Source: the human T2T-CHM13v2.0 reference genome, Homo sapiens. From it: a stretch of DNA of 64,000 nucleotides. The translations under genes were made by a program, and so were the position numbers. The stretch lies in NCBI RefSeq assembly GCF_009914755.1, contig NC_060929.1, one strand, 5' to 3'. Position 1 is the stretch's first letter. Each line of letters starts with the position of its first letter. Below, piece by piece: positions 14,238-27,299 of the stretch. Below the pieces are notes generated by a model. The model searched no databases. It was given only the letters and a program-made list of their open reading frames with translations, and was not told where the DNA came from.

Positions 14238-14700
14238 CTTTTGAAAATAATTAGACTTACATAAAAGTTGTGAAAATAGTTCAGATTTTTCATATTCCCT
14301 TCTCCCAGGTTCACCTACTGTTAACGTTCACCTGTCCATAGTATAATTATCAAAATCGGGGAATTAATATTACTACAGTACTTACAGTTAAACTATAGGT
14401 CTTTTTCAAAATCTACCAGTTTCCCACTATTGCCCCATTTCTGTTTCAGTATCAAATCCAGGGCACCATATTGCATTTCTACATCTCCTTAGTCTCCTCA
14501 TATCCGTGTCATTCCTTAGTCATCCCTTTTCTTCCATGATCTTGACACTTCCAAAGAGTACTAGTGAGTTGCTTGATAGAATATCTCTCAACTTGCATTT
14601 ATCCAATATTTTTTTTCATGACTAAATTGAACTTACACATTTTGGCCGAGAATAGCATAAAAATAATGTACCCTTCTCAGGGCATCATATCATGGTCAGT
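14238..14700 (-). mobile_element. L1MC-type 3' UTR fragment
   Basis: TTAGACTTACATAAAAGTTG...AATCCAGGGCACCATATTGCATTT...CCATGATCTTGACACTT. Confidence 0.7.
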
Positions 14701-16013
14701 GTAAACTAAATTCTCAGTGTGGTGTTATGAGGCTATACGGTGGCATGACTTAGAGGCCTAAACCCATGTAAAGGCCAGTTTGTGGTTACAGAGTCTCAGG
14801 AAAAACTTGCTTCTTTACGCAGAGCCAAGCCTTAGACAACTGTGTTTTATTGTTTTTATTATTACTATTAATTTGCCATTTTCTTTCACCTTTTAACTAC
14901 AGGTATAGAGTTTCATATTTCCATTTTGTGGATGTGGATCTGATTTTATACCTCACAGTGAGCCTCAGCTTTATCTCTTTCCTCCATGCACACGCTTTAC
15001 TAAACTGAGAGCTCTAGACCTTAAAGGATGAACAGATACAATTAGGTCTTGGAATACCTTGGAATTTGCCCTTTCTTATTAATTTTTGCTTTAGTCACTC
15101 ATCCTTTCTTTGTGTGCATTGAAGGAAATACTGAGAAATATATGTATGTATGCATATATATACACACATATGTATATACACATACATATATATTCAATTA
15201 TATTTTATTTATAATTTTAGAAGTTCTGTGTCTGGAGGGTTCTGAGATTATCTGACCTACTGTTTAATAAATATGGACTGAATAAATTAATATATATATA
15301 AATTAAGTCTATTTTATGAATCTATCTATAGAATACACTCAGAGGTGTTACCAATATTTTGTACAAAGAAATTCATTGTAAAAGTATTATTTATAATCAG
15401 GCAGGATAGGGAAAACTGGAAAGTGGTTAAGTGAATTAGGGTATGTCCATTTGAGAAAATATTATGCAGCCATTGAAATTATGTTTCAAGGTATTTTTAA
15501 AGGTGTAAGAAAATGTAGATATATTATTCATCAAAGTAAGTTAAAATATGTTAATTTTACAAAGTCATAGAAAGCCCTTATAATAAATGTGTCAAAAGTT
15601 AACAGTGTTTACCTGTAATTCTCATACACTTCTGTGCTCTCAAAGTTTTCTACATTCATACACATTTATACTTTTTGTAATCAGAGAAAATAAAAGGATG
15701 GAGTGAAATGAAATTTAAAGCTGCATTCACGAAATAAATATAGAGCATCTATAATATTATAGGTATGGCAACAATGCTGCCATCTTTTCAGCCAGCATTT
15801 ACAGTGAAATTACGGTTAATAAGACAATTAAAGAATAGTGTCTTCTGATTAGAAAACCTTCCCCAACAACTAGATAGCCAGAAAACGTTTGTGGAGATAA
15901 AACTAGAAAATGTTACTAGTTGTCACTTATCTTTTTTCATTCTCCAGTAACAAATAGAGGAAGGTAGATATTCAGCAAGGCAGAAATCAATGCAGTGAGT
16001 TTTCTCTTTCCAG

Positions 16014-16160
16014 GTTGACCCTAGAACACCTTTGTTGCATTTCTCTGGGATCCAGGAACCTGGGACCACGTCCTGGCTCTGCAGCTGATGGGCTGCAGTT
16101 TTCCTTACTGACAAATTAGATGATCTCTGTCTAGGACTTTTTGATTTGGTGATTCCAAAG
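16014..16160 (+). ncRNA. Candidate non-coding exon (+), 147 nt
   Basis: Acceptor ttttctctttccag|GTTG, donor AAG|gtaggg, and stop codons in all three frames. Splice signals only, no transcript evidence. Confidence 0.4.
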
Positions 16161-17080
16161 GTAGGGTTGCTATAGGAAGTGGATTTTTCATTTTATGAAT
16201 ATTTTCGACAGTTACATTTTGTGCTGACTATAAAATAAGAGTTTTATGAAATTCAATTTTTTTCTTTACGAGTAGCCTTTTGCGGTTCGACTATTGCAAT
16301 ATTTATTTGGACATGTTCAGTCCGGAGTCATCCCTTTCATCGGAACTCAGAACAGTAGTTAGGGTTTGTGGGTCAGTTGTCCAATACTGAGAGTTTCACT
16401 GTCTTAGAGGTTAGATGAAATCATACAAGTCACCACCATTGAATGTGAACAGGTTAAAATAAGAGTTATAAAGTGAGGGGTGGGGTAGAAGTTGCTCCTT
16501 GGATACTCTGCAATCTCAGAGTCTTGGTGGCAGCACAAATTAGCAAGTATTATGTGGAGAGATTTGCAGAAATCTCCATGCCTCCATAAAATAAGTTTCG
16601 GAAGGTTTTATATCAAAAAGAAATATAGAAAAATGTTAACGTAGATTTTGCTGGTGAGTATGGGAATATTTATTTTCTGTTGTTTCGTGTATGTTATACT
16701 TAAAGCATTCTCAAATTGAAAAGAGAAATCTTCATGAGCTGGATTTTGAAGCCTGACAGGGGTGCCCAGCTGCTGGAAGCCTGTCCTGTCCTTGCACGAA
16801 GGTCAAAAGGCCACTGAGTTGGAGACACGTCTCCTATCATGGTCAATAATCGCCTAAGTGATCCCAAGCAGTGGTTTTGGGGTGGGGATCACAGAGTTCC
16901 TTGTTTTCTAGCCAAGAAACAGCAACCAGCCCCATCCACAGCAGAGGTGGAGCTCCACAAGCATCTGTGGCCAGAGCCGCTTCTGTGAATTCCGACAGTC
17001 GTCAGCATCAAGGACAGACTGGTGTGGTCGGCAAGAACACACACTCCTCCTCCTCAATCTGTCTCTCTGGGCAGACTCAC

Positions 17081-17205
17081 TCCTTGAAAGAAAGGCAGAC
17101 CCTTTACCATTTTTCCCTGCCAAGCTGCGTCTACCCTGAATTCTGAGGGGCGTTGAACGACGCCTTGTTCACCATGCGTTCCCTTCACTCCTCTTTAATG
17201 TTCAT
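17081..17205 (-). ncRNA. Candidate non-coding exon (-), 125 nt
   Basis: Minus-strand acceptor ccctttctctccactgctcgtgctctcccag|ATGA and donor GGA|gtgagt. Confidence 0.4.
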
Positions 17206-17283
17206 CTGGGAGAGCACGAGCAGTGGAGAGAAAGGGTTATTAATTTCTGGCTTCTTGTTTAAATTCTTTTATGTCTTTTTCAG

Positions 17284-17393
17284 AAGAGATTACAGCTCCT
17301 ATGGAGATTGCTGTCAACCATCAGATCTGCTTTTTTGACACAAGGTTATTTGTCTCCTTTCTAAAATATGCATTATTCGGATGCAGTGAAAAG
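17284..17393 (+). ncRNA. Candidate exon (+), 110 nt
   Basis: Long U-rich tract ttcttttatgtctttttcag|AAG (NAGNAG) and donor AAG|gtatgt. Confidence 0.5.
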
Positions 17394-18618
17394 GTATGTG
17401 CTTCTTTTTGATACAAAAATATGGAATTCTTAAGCTGAGCTTGGCCTGGTCTTCCAAACTCTTCTGATTAATCAAAGCCTCATATTATCACCAGGCCACA
17501 GCGTTAAGGGTATGAATGGAAAGTGCATTAAAGAGAAAAGTGAAGAAATACCTTAGTGCATCAATCTGCTATCTTTGCTTCACGTAAATTTGTTTTTTAA
17601 GCTAGAAGTTGTCAGAAGCTATATTTGTGAATTGTGTTTCCACTTTCAGTATAAAAGAAAACAAAAAAAAATAGGTAGAGGTACTGAAATTTCTTTCCAG
17701 TACTGCGATTATCCTTGACCTATACTTTAAAAAGCAAGTTAAAGTAGTTGTGGAGAAACACTCTGTCTTCCCTGATTGTACATTACTCCCTTCTAATTAG
17801 GGCAAAGGATGGAAGCAAGATATGCTATCAAATACACCTACTGTGAACTATATGACATATTTTTGACGTAGAAATGCAGAAACAATTAGATTCTTTTCAA
17901 CAGAGAACATAGACTTTATCAGGGAATTATTACTTTGCTAATTGGTTCTATGAAAGTACAAAGCTAGGTTCTTGGCTTATTCCGGTCCTCAAAATGTGGT
18001 GCTCGATTGTTTACATGTCTCCTTTGATTGGCATCACCTGTGTCCTAAATAATTGCGTTTTGATTCAAGTCAATATTGTCTGCATTTGTCATGCATTGAG
18101 TGAAAACTTTGGAGTAACTGTTAGGATAATTGGGCATTGGGGATTCTTAGAAGTCTTTATTATGTGGAAATGCCTAAATAACATCTGTTCCAACATTTCT
18201 GTTATTCAGGGCTGCTTTGTAGTTGCCATGTCTTCAGGGACCTTCAAAACAAGAAACAAAGAAATTCAATATAAACTGCACTTCATGTAAAGCCCTTTAA
18301 ACCCATCAAGAGAGTGCGACCTGGGTCTGGGTTAGCCCGAGCCTTAGTGGAGACAGAAGAACTTCCCCAACATGCTGCCCCCTCCCCAATTTTAATGTAA
18401 GTCCTGTTCGCAGCTCTTCTGATTTTTTCTTACCATCAGGAATAAGGATAATTTGAGGACACTTTACTGAGGGTAGTTGCTCTTCAAACTAAATGGAACT
18501 TTGATTCTCAACATACATTTGCATTTTAATCCTGGGTAGTCAGCACAGCTCTTGAATACTTGTGGCTTTTGAATGAATTTGCACCCAGATTGCTCTCAAT
18601 TGAGATATTCTTTCCCAG

Positions 18619-18744
18619 GAAAGGCGTGGTTTTGGTGCAATGTGGTGAGTAACCACCATGCTGGTGGAGACGGGACTTAGGAGCTGCCACTGGGAATGGG
18701 TGGCTGCTCACTACACTGTCACCACGCTCAGGAGGATGGAGCAG
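18619..18744 (+). ncRNA. Candidate exon (+), 126 nt
   Basis: Acceptor ttctttcccag|GA and consensus donor CAG|gtgagt. Alternative donor GTG|gtgagt at 18644. Confidence 0.35.
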
Positions 18745-19284
18745 GTGAGTCCACACCTGCCTGCCATGCACCTGGGCTATACTGCCATACTGAGCATGAC
18801 ATCATGTACACTGCAGAGTCGGCTTCACTGACGGCTGCAAGCAACAGTGCTCAGTGGGGTGGGATGCTGGGGTGTGAGGTGTGGAGTGCTGGGGTAAAGA
18901 GTGTGGGTTAAGCAGCATCTGGCCTGCCCAGGCTCTGGGTAAGCTAATGGGAGGCTGTTGGTGGCCGTGGTGTTGGGGGAGTTGCGAGGTGGCCGTGCAT
19001 TGGAGGCTTGGGGGCGGGGAAGTCAGATGGAGGCCTAAGCTCCTTGCTTCCGGTTTCCAGAAGGAACCTTCTTCCCTCCACCTCCCCCACTTTATGTCCA
19101 TCTTCAATCCAGACCACCTGTCCTGCAACCTCAAGCTCAGAAGCAGAGGCCCAAGACTGTTTTCGAAGCTCCCACAATGGCATGAAATCAAAGGTTAAAA
19201 AGAAATCCCTCACTCTACATCATTTCTAGTGACCTTCTCTGATTGAACTCTGATGTCTATCAGTCTGTATGACACAGCTTGTTA

Positions 19285-19482
19285 GTGTGTGTATGTGTAT
19301 GGGCATAAGTGTGTTTGTGTGTGTATGTGTGTGAGTGCCTGTGTATGCATACATGTTTGTGTATGTGTATATACATGAGTGAGTGTATTTGTGTGTGTTG
19401 TGAGTGTGTGTCTGTGTATGTGTATATGCATGAGTAAGTGTATTTGCGTGTGTGTATGTGTGGATGCTATCTGTATGTGTAT
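19285..19482. repeat. Degenerate (TG)n/(TGTA)n simple repeat
   Basis: About 200 bp of alternating TG/TA. Confidence 0.85.
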
Positions 19483-19660
19483 GGCTATAAAGGACTTCTC
19501 TAATTTCTTTTAGATTATTCTTATGCTTTTGTACTTTTAAACTTTTGGGAGATCTCTGGGTCGGCCTTTTCCTTGCCTCTCAAGGCCCAGCCCACCTGCC
19601 CATCACCCTGAGCTAAGAAGAGTTAGGATGGGAGGACCAATAGCCAGGGCAGGCACATAC

Positions 19661-19722
19661 CTGCTTTCTGACTTTGTCTTCTGGGCTGATGTAACCTGAG
19701 AGCCTTAGGACATAGACCTGAA
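19661..19722 (-). ncRNA. Candidate non-coding exon (-), 62 nt
   Basis: Minus-strand acceptor ttttcctttgttttgtttttcag|TTC and donor CAG|gtatgt. Confidence 0.45.
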
Positions 19723-21100
19723 CTGAAAAACAAAACAAAGGAAAACCAACCAAATCGGTATTAATTGAAGAAGATAGCATTTGTGTCAGGAATTAATGGC
19801 ATGTAAATGAACTAAAGCAGCAAGAGACAGGACTCAGGGGAAAAATACCAGAGGAATAGGGGCAAGATCTGAGAGTTGCAATAGAAAATGATTGGGGTTC
19901 TGGGGGCAGAAAAGGGACACATGGGAAAAACAACCCGACAAATAATAGATGAGAATTTCTGAGCTAAGGAGATTCCCACCTCTGCAAATTGAAATGGTTA
20001 ATCAACATCCACACCTAGATGTCTCTAAAATCAAAGAAAAAAATTCTAACAAGTTTCTAGGCTCAAATACCCAGCCATTAACCAAACAAAGGCATTAGGT
20101 TGCTATTTGTTTTTTTTTCAAGTACAAACAGTGCAAGTAAAATGCAGTGAAATACAGTCAAACATAATCAGGTACATGCCAGGTGGCTCAAGAAAAGGAC
20201 TGCACACTAGGATTTCTATACCCAGCCAAGCAATCACTGACCTATTCAGGTGTAAGACATTTAAAAATATACATGTTTCAGAGAATACTCAAACTGTGAG
20301 TCTACCAAATACACAAACTGCAAGCTAATCTGAGCCAAATACCCAAGGAAAATCTAAAGAAACAGCAAAGAGGACAGCCCCAGCCGCTCCAAGCTGAGCC
20401 TGAGTGGGCCTCTCTCTCTCTCACTCTGAATGCATGATTATATACTTACTCTCTGGGAATGTGTAATTATGTACCACATTTTGTTTCTTGAAATAGAAGA
20501 GACATATTGCTAGGGAAAATCTTATGATGATCTGAAGCAAAATCAGCTAAACCCTTTCAGCAAAACCTGGGGAGTGGCCAGGTTCTAGGGAATCTGCCTT
20601 AGGGCACGGGATGGACAGTGCTAAAGACTCAATATCCTGCACTTCACAGCATCCAGTTTAATTGGAATGGGATGTTGTGTGTGGTGAGGTGCAGCGGGCG
20701 GGTGGGGGGCGGGCGGAGCAGTTGAAAAAGTAAAACAACTTCTTGTGGAAAATAATATCCATATCTCTAAAAAGAAATGTGTTGCACTATAAACGTGAGG
20801 AAAGAACAGGTAAGCAAGAAAAGAATAAAGAATAAATGGAACTCCTGAATTGATGAGCAGGAAAAACGAAAGCATTGAACCAGCAAATAAATCCAATAGG
20901 AAAAATTAACCAAAATAAGTAAAAATTGTAAAATAAAGTAGAGATTAAAGTCGAGTATATTCATCCTGATATCATTTGTGAAGGAACTGAATTCTTCCAT
21001 GAAAAGCAGGGACTATCTGATGAGGTCAAAACTCAAACTCTAGCTTTATGCTGTTAATGAAATTGTTTATTTTCCTATCTTCTCTGCCTAATCAGAGTAA

Positions 21101-21424
<324 letters not shown>

Positions 21425-22369
21425 TCTATTGAATTCTTTACTGCTTAGCGAGGCAAGAACATAGAAGTAATATATTTTAGAAAGGTTTCCAACACTAAGA
21501 CCCATATGAAATAATTTCTGCTGAATCCCCCATTGACCAGTTTAATCCATTCCTTGGAAGATCATGCTTTCCTTAACATTTTTATTAATTGAAATTTTAC
21601 CACATGTAAAACAGTACATTCAATAATTAGCAATGTCTCATGAGGTAGTTTGGTTTTGTTTACTGGAAAAAAGGAGTTAAAAAAAAAGACTGGACAACTG
21701 TGATTCTATCTGTGCAAATTTATAATTCCTTATCCAGCTATTTCAGAGTTCCTAGTAAGAACATATATTACCATGAAGGTTCATTCTGCTTGGTTTATCA
21801 TTCCTTCTCTTCCTTTTTATTGACTCTCGCCAGCTCTTGAGCCCTTCAGGAAGATGTTCAGCCTTGCTCTGAGTTATTAGACTGTACCAATTATTGTACT
21901 GGACTTGCCCACTGGGGAGCTCTTCCCATTGTCCCTGGAACATGCTGGGAGGGTTATCAGCTCCCGACCCCACTCCCAGGGCTGGGGCTGGGTGTTTGTG
22001 CCAGAAACTGCAGACATCCTACCCTCAGACTTTCCGTGTGAAGCCTGATCTGCACACCACGTGGAAGCACTCTGCAACGCAGGTGTCTGAAAAGGGATGA
22101 GAAAGCAAACCTGTGGCATCCTCCTTATGTGACCCTCCCGGCCCTCCCGGCCCTGAGCCCAGTTCCTCTTTCCGCTGTGCAACTGGGATAAGGGTGTACC
22201 CAGCCTCAGAGTGGGGTCTGTTCCTCATACCTACTCAGAGGCAAGGCACTCTGGAGAGTGCGCCAGCGTGGCCTGGCGCCAGCCAGCCTCTCCAGCTGAG
22301 CCCACCAAGGGGCTCCAGGAAGCACTTGTGTATGCTCAGCGATGGTGAACAGAGTTCCTTCTGACTTAC

Positions 22370-22515
22370 CTGCCGTGAGATGTCCCCGAATGAGCCATGT
22401 TCCAGAGAGAGTGAGAAGCTACAGGGTGCAAGTTTGCAGTTTCTGGAGTCAGTCCACTGGCCTGTCAGCTCCAGAACTGCCACATAAATGGTAGCGATTT
22501 GTGCTGGACATGCAT
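22370..22515 (-). ncRNA. Candidate exon (-), 146 nt
   Basis: Minus-strand acceptor ttgtttctttttctcctgcag|ATG and perfect donor CAG|gtaagt, in non-repetitive-looking sequence. Confidence 0.55.
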
Positions 22516-23506
22516 CTGCAGGAGAAAAAGAAACAAATGAGCTGCCGTTGCTTTTCTACTATTTAATTTTGGAGATGTTTCCCCAGTGCACCGTTCTGGA
22601 GAAAATGTCCACATAAACAAATTATTGTTTTACCAGCCTTCCTCATGAATGCTTTCCAGGCCTCCTCCAAAAGCCATAGCTGTATGAAGCAGGGAACAGT
22701 TTAGGATTTGGAAAGGAAGGAATACTGCCAAGTAAGTTGCTTAATTTGAAACTTTATTGGTGATTGGTTGCTTTCTACCATTTTTTTTTCCTAGCTGCCA
22801 TCATGCTTTTTTCACCTGACAATATGTACAGAGACAATTTGAAAATGTCCAAAGGTAGAAATAACTGTTTAAATATTTTTCTAGAGAACTCGTTTATTCT
22901 TGTGCCAATAATGAATCACTTGACTGTATAGTTTTTCAGAGGACGAGCTCTCCAAGTCTCTTTTTGCGCAGATGAAAAGTGTGGGTACTGCGGACGACTT
23001 GGGATGGTAGCTCCTCGTGGGGACACTGCTGGCTCTGAGCGCTCTGCAGGGGGGACAGTGTCTTCCTCCTTGGACTCTTCTGCATCTGCCTAGGTTAGCT
23101 GAATCAAATTTCAAAAAATCCAGAAACCTAACGAGAAAATAGAAACGTATCCAAGCAAAATAATTTGTTAACTAATGATTACTTTTGCTATGAAGAAGAG
23201 GGAGACAGAGGTATTAACATTTCTGAAATGAAAAGAGTCAATTCTGGTTTTGAATTTCTGGCAGTGCAGAGTGTTCCATTACTCAAACTCATCAGCTTTT
23301 GACCCATCATTTTCACTTGTCGGGGGAAGCCCTCCACCCCTTGTTGATTTAGTTATATTACCCCTTATATTCCCATTTCCTGCTGCATCCCCTCAACTCC
23401 AGAGCCTTGCAGTGGGTGAGGAGCCACCTTTCTATTGCTGTGTGATCTTATGAAGGCCCGTCCTGTTGCCATTTGCACATGTATTTTAAATCGATGGTAA
23501 TGGCTC

Positions 23507-24130
23507 GGATGGTGGGAATGTAAGATGGCACAGCCCCTGTCGAATACAGTATGGGAGATTCTTAGAACATTCAAGATGAAATTACCATTCTAATTGTGGG
23601 TATACCCACAAATAATTGAAAGGATTGAAAGAGGGCCCCAAACAGGTGTTTATCCACATTCCAACAGCGTTATTCCCAGGGGCTAAGACAGGGAGGCAAC
23701 CCAAGCATGTGGCGATGCACGAACAGATCAACAAACGTGGCACGTCCATGTGATGGAACTGTAGTCAGCCTTCAACAGTAAGGAAGTTCTGACACATGCC
23801 ACAACATGGATGAACTTTGAAGATACTGTGTCCAGTGAAATAAGATAGGCATAAAAAGATAAATACTGCCTGATTCCACTTGTATGAGGTCCCCAGAGAA
23901 GTCAATTCAGAGACAAAGTGGAAGGGTGGGTAGCAAAGGCAGGGGTAGGGGATGGGGAGATAATGCTTAATGGGTGCAGGGTTTTAGGTGGAGAGGATGA
24001 AAGAAGTTCTAGAGGTGGGTCGTGGTGATGGCAAAAGTACAGAAATGGGAAAGTACTTAATGTCACAGAATTGTACGTGGTTAAGAATAATTAAACTGAG
24101 AAATTTTACCTTATATATATTCTGATAATA
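23507..24130 (+). mobile_element. L1MB-type 3' fragment
   Basis: TGGTGGGAATGTAAGATGG...ACAACATGGATGAAC...GTGAAATAAG...GATTCCACTTGTATGAGGT...GTACTTAATGTCAC. Confidence 0.85.
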
Positions 24131-24159
24131 GTTTTGAAACGATGCTGCTAGTAAAATGT

Positions 24160-24950
24160 TCTGTTTCTCCTCCTCCTCCTTCTTCTTCTTTTCTTCTCCT
24201 CCTCCCCCCTTCCTCCACTCCTCCTCCTCCCTCTTCCTCTTCTCCTCCTCCTTCTTCTTTTCTCCTCCTCCTCCTTCTTTTCTTCTTCTTCCCTCTTCTT
24301 CTCCTTCTCCTCCTCCTCCTTCTTTTCTTCTTCTCCTCCTCCTCCCTCTTCCTCTTCCTCTTCTCCTCATCCTTCTTTTCTCCTCCTCCTCCTTGTTTTC
24401 TTCTTCTTCCCTCTTCTTCTCCCTCCTTCTTCTCTTCCTTCTCCTCCTCCTCTCCTTTTTCTTCTTCTTCTTCTCATTCTCCTTTTTCTTCTCCTTCTTC
24501 TCCTCCTTCTCCTCCTCCTCCTCCTTCTTCTTTTCTTCTTCTCCTCCCCCTCTTCCTCCACTCCTCCTCCTCCCTCTTCCTCTTCTCCTCCTCCTCCTTC
24601 TTTTCTTCTTCTTCTTCCCTCTTCTTCTCCCTCCTTCTTCTCCTCCTTATCCTCCTCCTCCTCCTTTTTCTTCTTCTTCTTCTTCTTCTTCTTCTTCTTC
24701 TTTTCTTCTTCTCCTCCCCCTCTTCCTCCACTCCTCCTCCTCCTCCCTCTTCCTCTTCTCCTCCTCCTCCTTCTTTTCTTCTTCTTCCCTCTTCTTCTCC
24801 CTCCTTCTTCTCCTCCTTCTCCTCCTCCTCCTCCTTTTTCTTCTTCTTCTTCTTCTTCTTTTCTTCTTCTTCTTCTCCTTCTCCTTCTCCTTTTTCTTCT
24901 CCTTCTTCTCCTTCTTCCCCTTCATCTTTTTCTTCTTTTGCTTCTCCCCC
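24160..24950. repeat. About 790-bp polypyrimidine (CCT/CTT) tract
   Basis: Almost exclusively C/T on the + strand, with internally duplicated blocks. Confidence 0.97.
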
Positions 24951-25229
24951 AAATATTCTATTTTAAATATCCCTCCATGGCAGAATATTCACATAACTTT
25001 GTGCCTACTCATTGTTTCATGGTGTGCAACTATGTGATTTGACTTTCTTTTTTTCCCCAAAGCATGGACATTTAGAATGCTTCTGAGTCCCCATTACTGC
25101 ACCTGACACTATAGGAAACATTATTGTGCATGTGTCATTTGGTTTTCTGAAGTGTTTTTTCCTGGGGGTGAAATTACTGAACCAGATGATATGGATCAGT
25201 AATTTAGTTTATTCATTTATTTTAATTTA

Positions 25230-25565
25230 TTTTTAATTCTACCTTGGCAAATTATAATTTTGTACATTTATTGATGAGAATGTAATGTTATGATGTATGT
25301 ATACACAATGTGGAATGATTAAATCAAGCTAATTAACTTCACCATTATCTCAAATACTTATTTTTGTAGTGAGAACATTTGAAATGTACCCTTAGCAATT
25401 TTTAAATACATCATTAGTAACTGTAAGCACCATCCTTTGCAATAGACCTCAAAAAACTGATTCTTGCGGTCTGACTGAAACCTTATATCCTTTGATCATC
25501 CTGTTCCCATTTCCTCTATCCCCCGGCCTCTGGTAACCACTATTCTACTCTTTGTTTTTATGCGT
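25230..25565 (-). mobile_element. L1MA-type 3' end
   Basis: GTGGAATGATTAAATCAAGCTAATTAAC...GTGAGAACATTTGAAAT...GCCTCTGGTAACCACTATTCTACTCT. Confidence 0.85.
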
Positions 25566-27299
25566 CTTACATTTAACTCAGTAGAGCCAACTTGCTCTCC
25601 AAAAGGTTGTGACTACCTGGGATAACCACAGGCCAAAGTGTTTTCCTTTTTCTACATGTTCGCCAACACTTGCCAATCCAACTTTCTAATATTTGCTAGT
25701 CTGTTGGTTGCAAAGTGAAATCTCCTTGCTGTTTTAAATGTCAGTTCTCTAATTATTAATGAGCTTGAGCATCTTTTCATATTTTATTAGCCTTTTGGGT
25801 TTCCTCTTCATGTGAATTGTCTTTTAATCTTTTTTGCCTCCATATCTATTGTGGTTTTTCTTTTTGATTTATAGGCATTTCCTGAATATTCTAGATAATA
25901 TGGCCCCTTGTTGGTTTTAGATATTGCAAATATATTCTCTCGATCTGTTGGTAACTTGGCCCATGTGTTTTTCATTAAAATCAATCCTTAGTTTAATGCA
26001 ATAAATTCAACATATTTTGCCTTCAATTAGCTCATTTGTTTTTAATCTTTCTTGCCTCATGAAAATGTATTTTAACATATAAATTTTACTTTACATACCA
26101 TTCTAGATGAGTCCCACACATTTTAAAATGTAATGTTTTATGTTGTTCAGTTCTAACTATGTCAATTTTATCATTTCCTTTTTAGAAAAATGCATGTTGT
26201 CAAAATTTTTGAAATAGAGGATTGTTTTGAGTTATACTTTTGTATGAATTTCTAGTTATATTTGCTGTGGTGAGAGGACATATTTTATGATACTGGTTCT
26301 TTAAATTTTATTGAGGATTCATTTGTGGCCTAATATACAGTCAATATATGTGACTCTTCATTGTATGCATAAAAATAGTACTTCTCAAACTTTCTGTGGT
26401 GAAGGAACAGTTTAAAAAATTGTTAATTTCGTTACAAACTATCATTTTTCAAATTTTAATAAAATAAAATACAAAAAATTATGAAATCATATGTCTCAAC
26501 AATAGAAAACTGTTATAAATTTTTTATTACTCTCAATTTTTACATTTATTTCATTGCAGACAGGTAAAAAACAGGGGCTGACAGGCATCAAGTAACCAGA
26601 AAGACTGCGTGTACTTGGTTTGCTAGTCTTAGCACTGCAAATTTAATCACTTTAGTTATAAATTGTATTATTCTTATGGCCTCTACCACTGCTTATTTTT
26701 GTCTCCATTAGGTGGGGAGGGGATGGGTTAAAATGTCCGACAACTAATGTTTTTGTATTTATTTATCTCTTCAGTTTGTCAGTTGTTTCGCATATTTTAA
26801 AGATATATTGTTAAGTGTATACAGGCTCACAGTGGTTACATGTTATTTTTATTGGTATAACATTCATCTTTTTTTCTTAGGACATTTTTGTCTTGATATT
26901 TATTTAGTCAAATATTAAAATTGTCATTACAGCTTTTTTGTGGGTAATATTTCTATAGTATGTATTTTTCGTTCTTCAATTTAGCCTTTCTTGAGTCATT
27001 TGGAATGTTGTATTTTTTTAACCAGTCTGGAATTATTGGTCTTTTTATTACTGAGTTTAACATTTTCATTTATCATAATTACTACTGTATTGTGATTTAT
27101 TTCTACCTTAAACTTATGTTTCCAATTTACTATACTTGTTTTTGATTTTTCTTTCATCATTCTTGTTGAACAGATTAGGTTTAAATTATGTTAAAATTAT
27201 TTTATTTTATTCTTATCTTGGTTTCCTAAGATTAGAAACCCGTAATTATATTTACTAACTTCTACTGATTTTTCTAAATTAAAGTAAAATTAATAATAA

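Noticed and set aside
23984-25037. Ser/Phe/Leu/Pro-rich and Arg/Glu/Lys-rich ORFs of up to 293 aa
   Set aside because: These are translations of the polypyrimidine tract and are open in several frames simply because of composition.
26378-26610. Possible hAT-Charlie fragment starting TAGTACTTCTCAAACT
   Set aside because: Only the start resembles a terminal repeat and I could not identify a matching other end.
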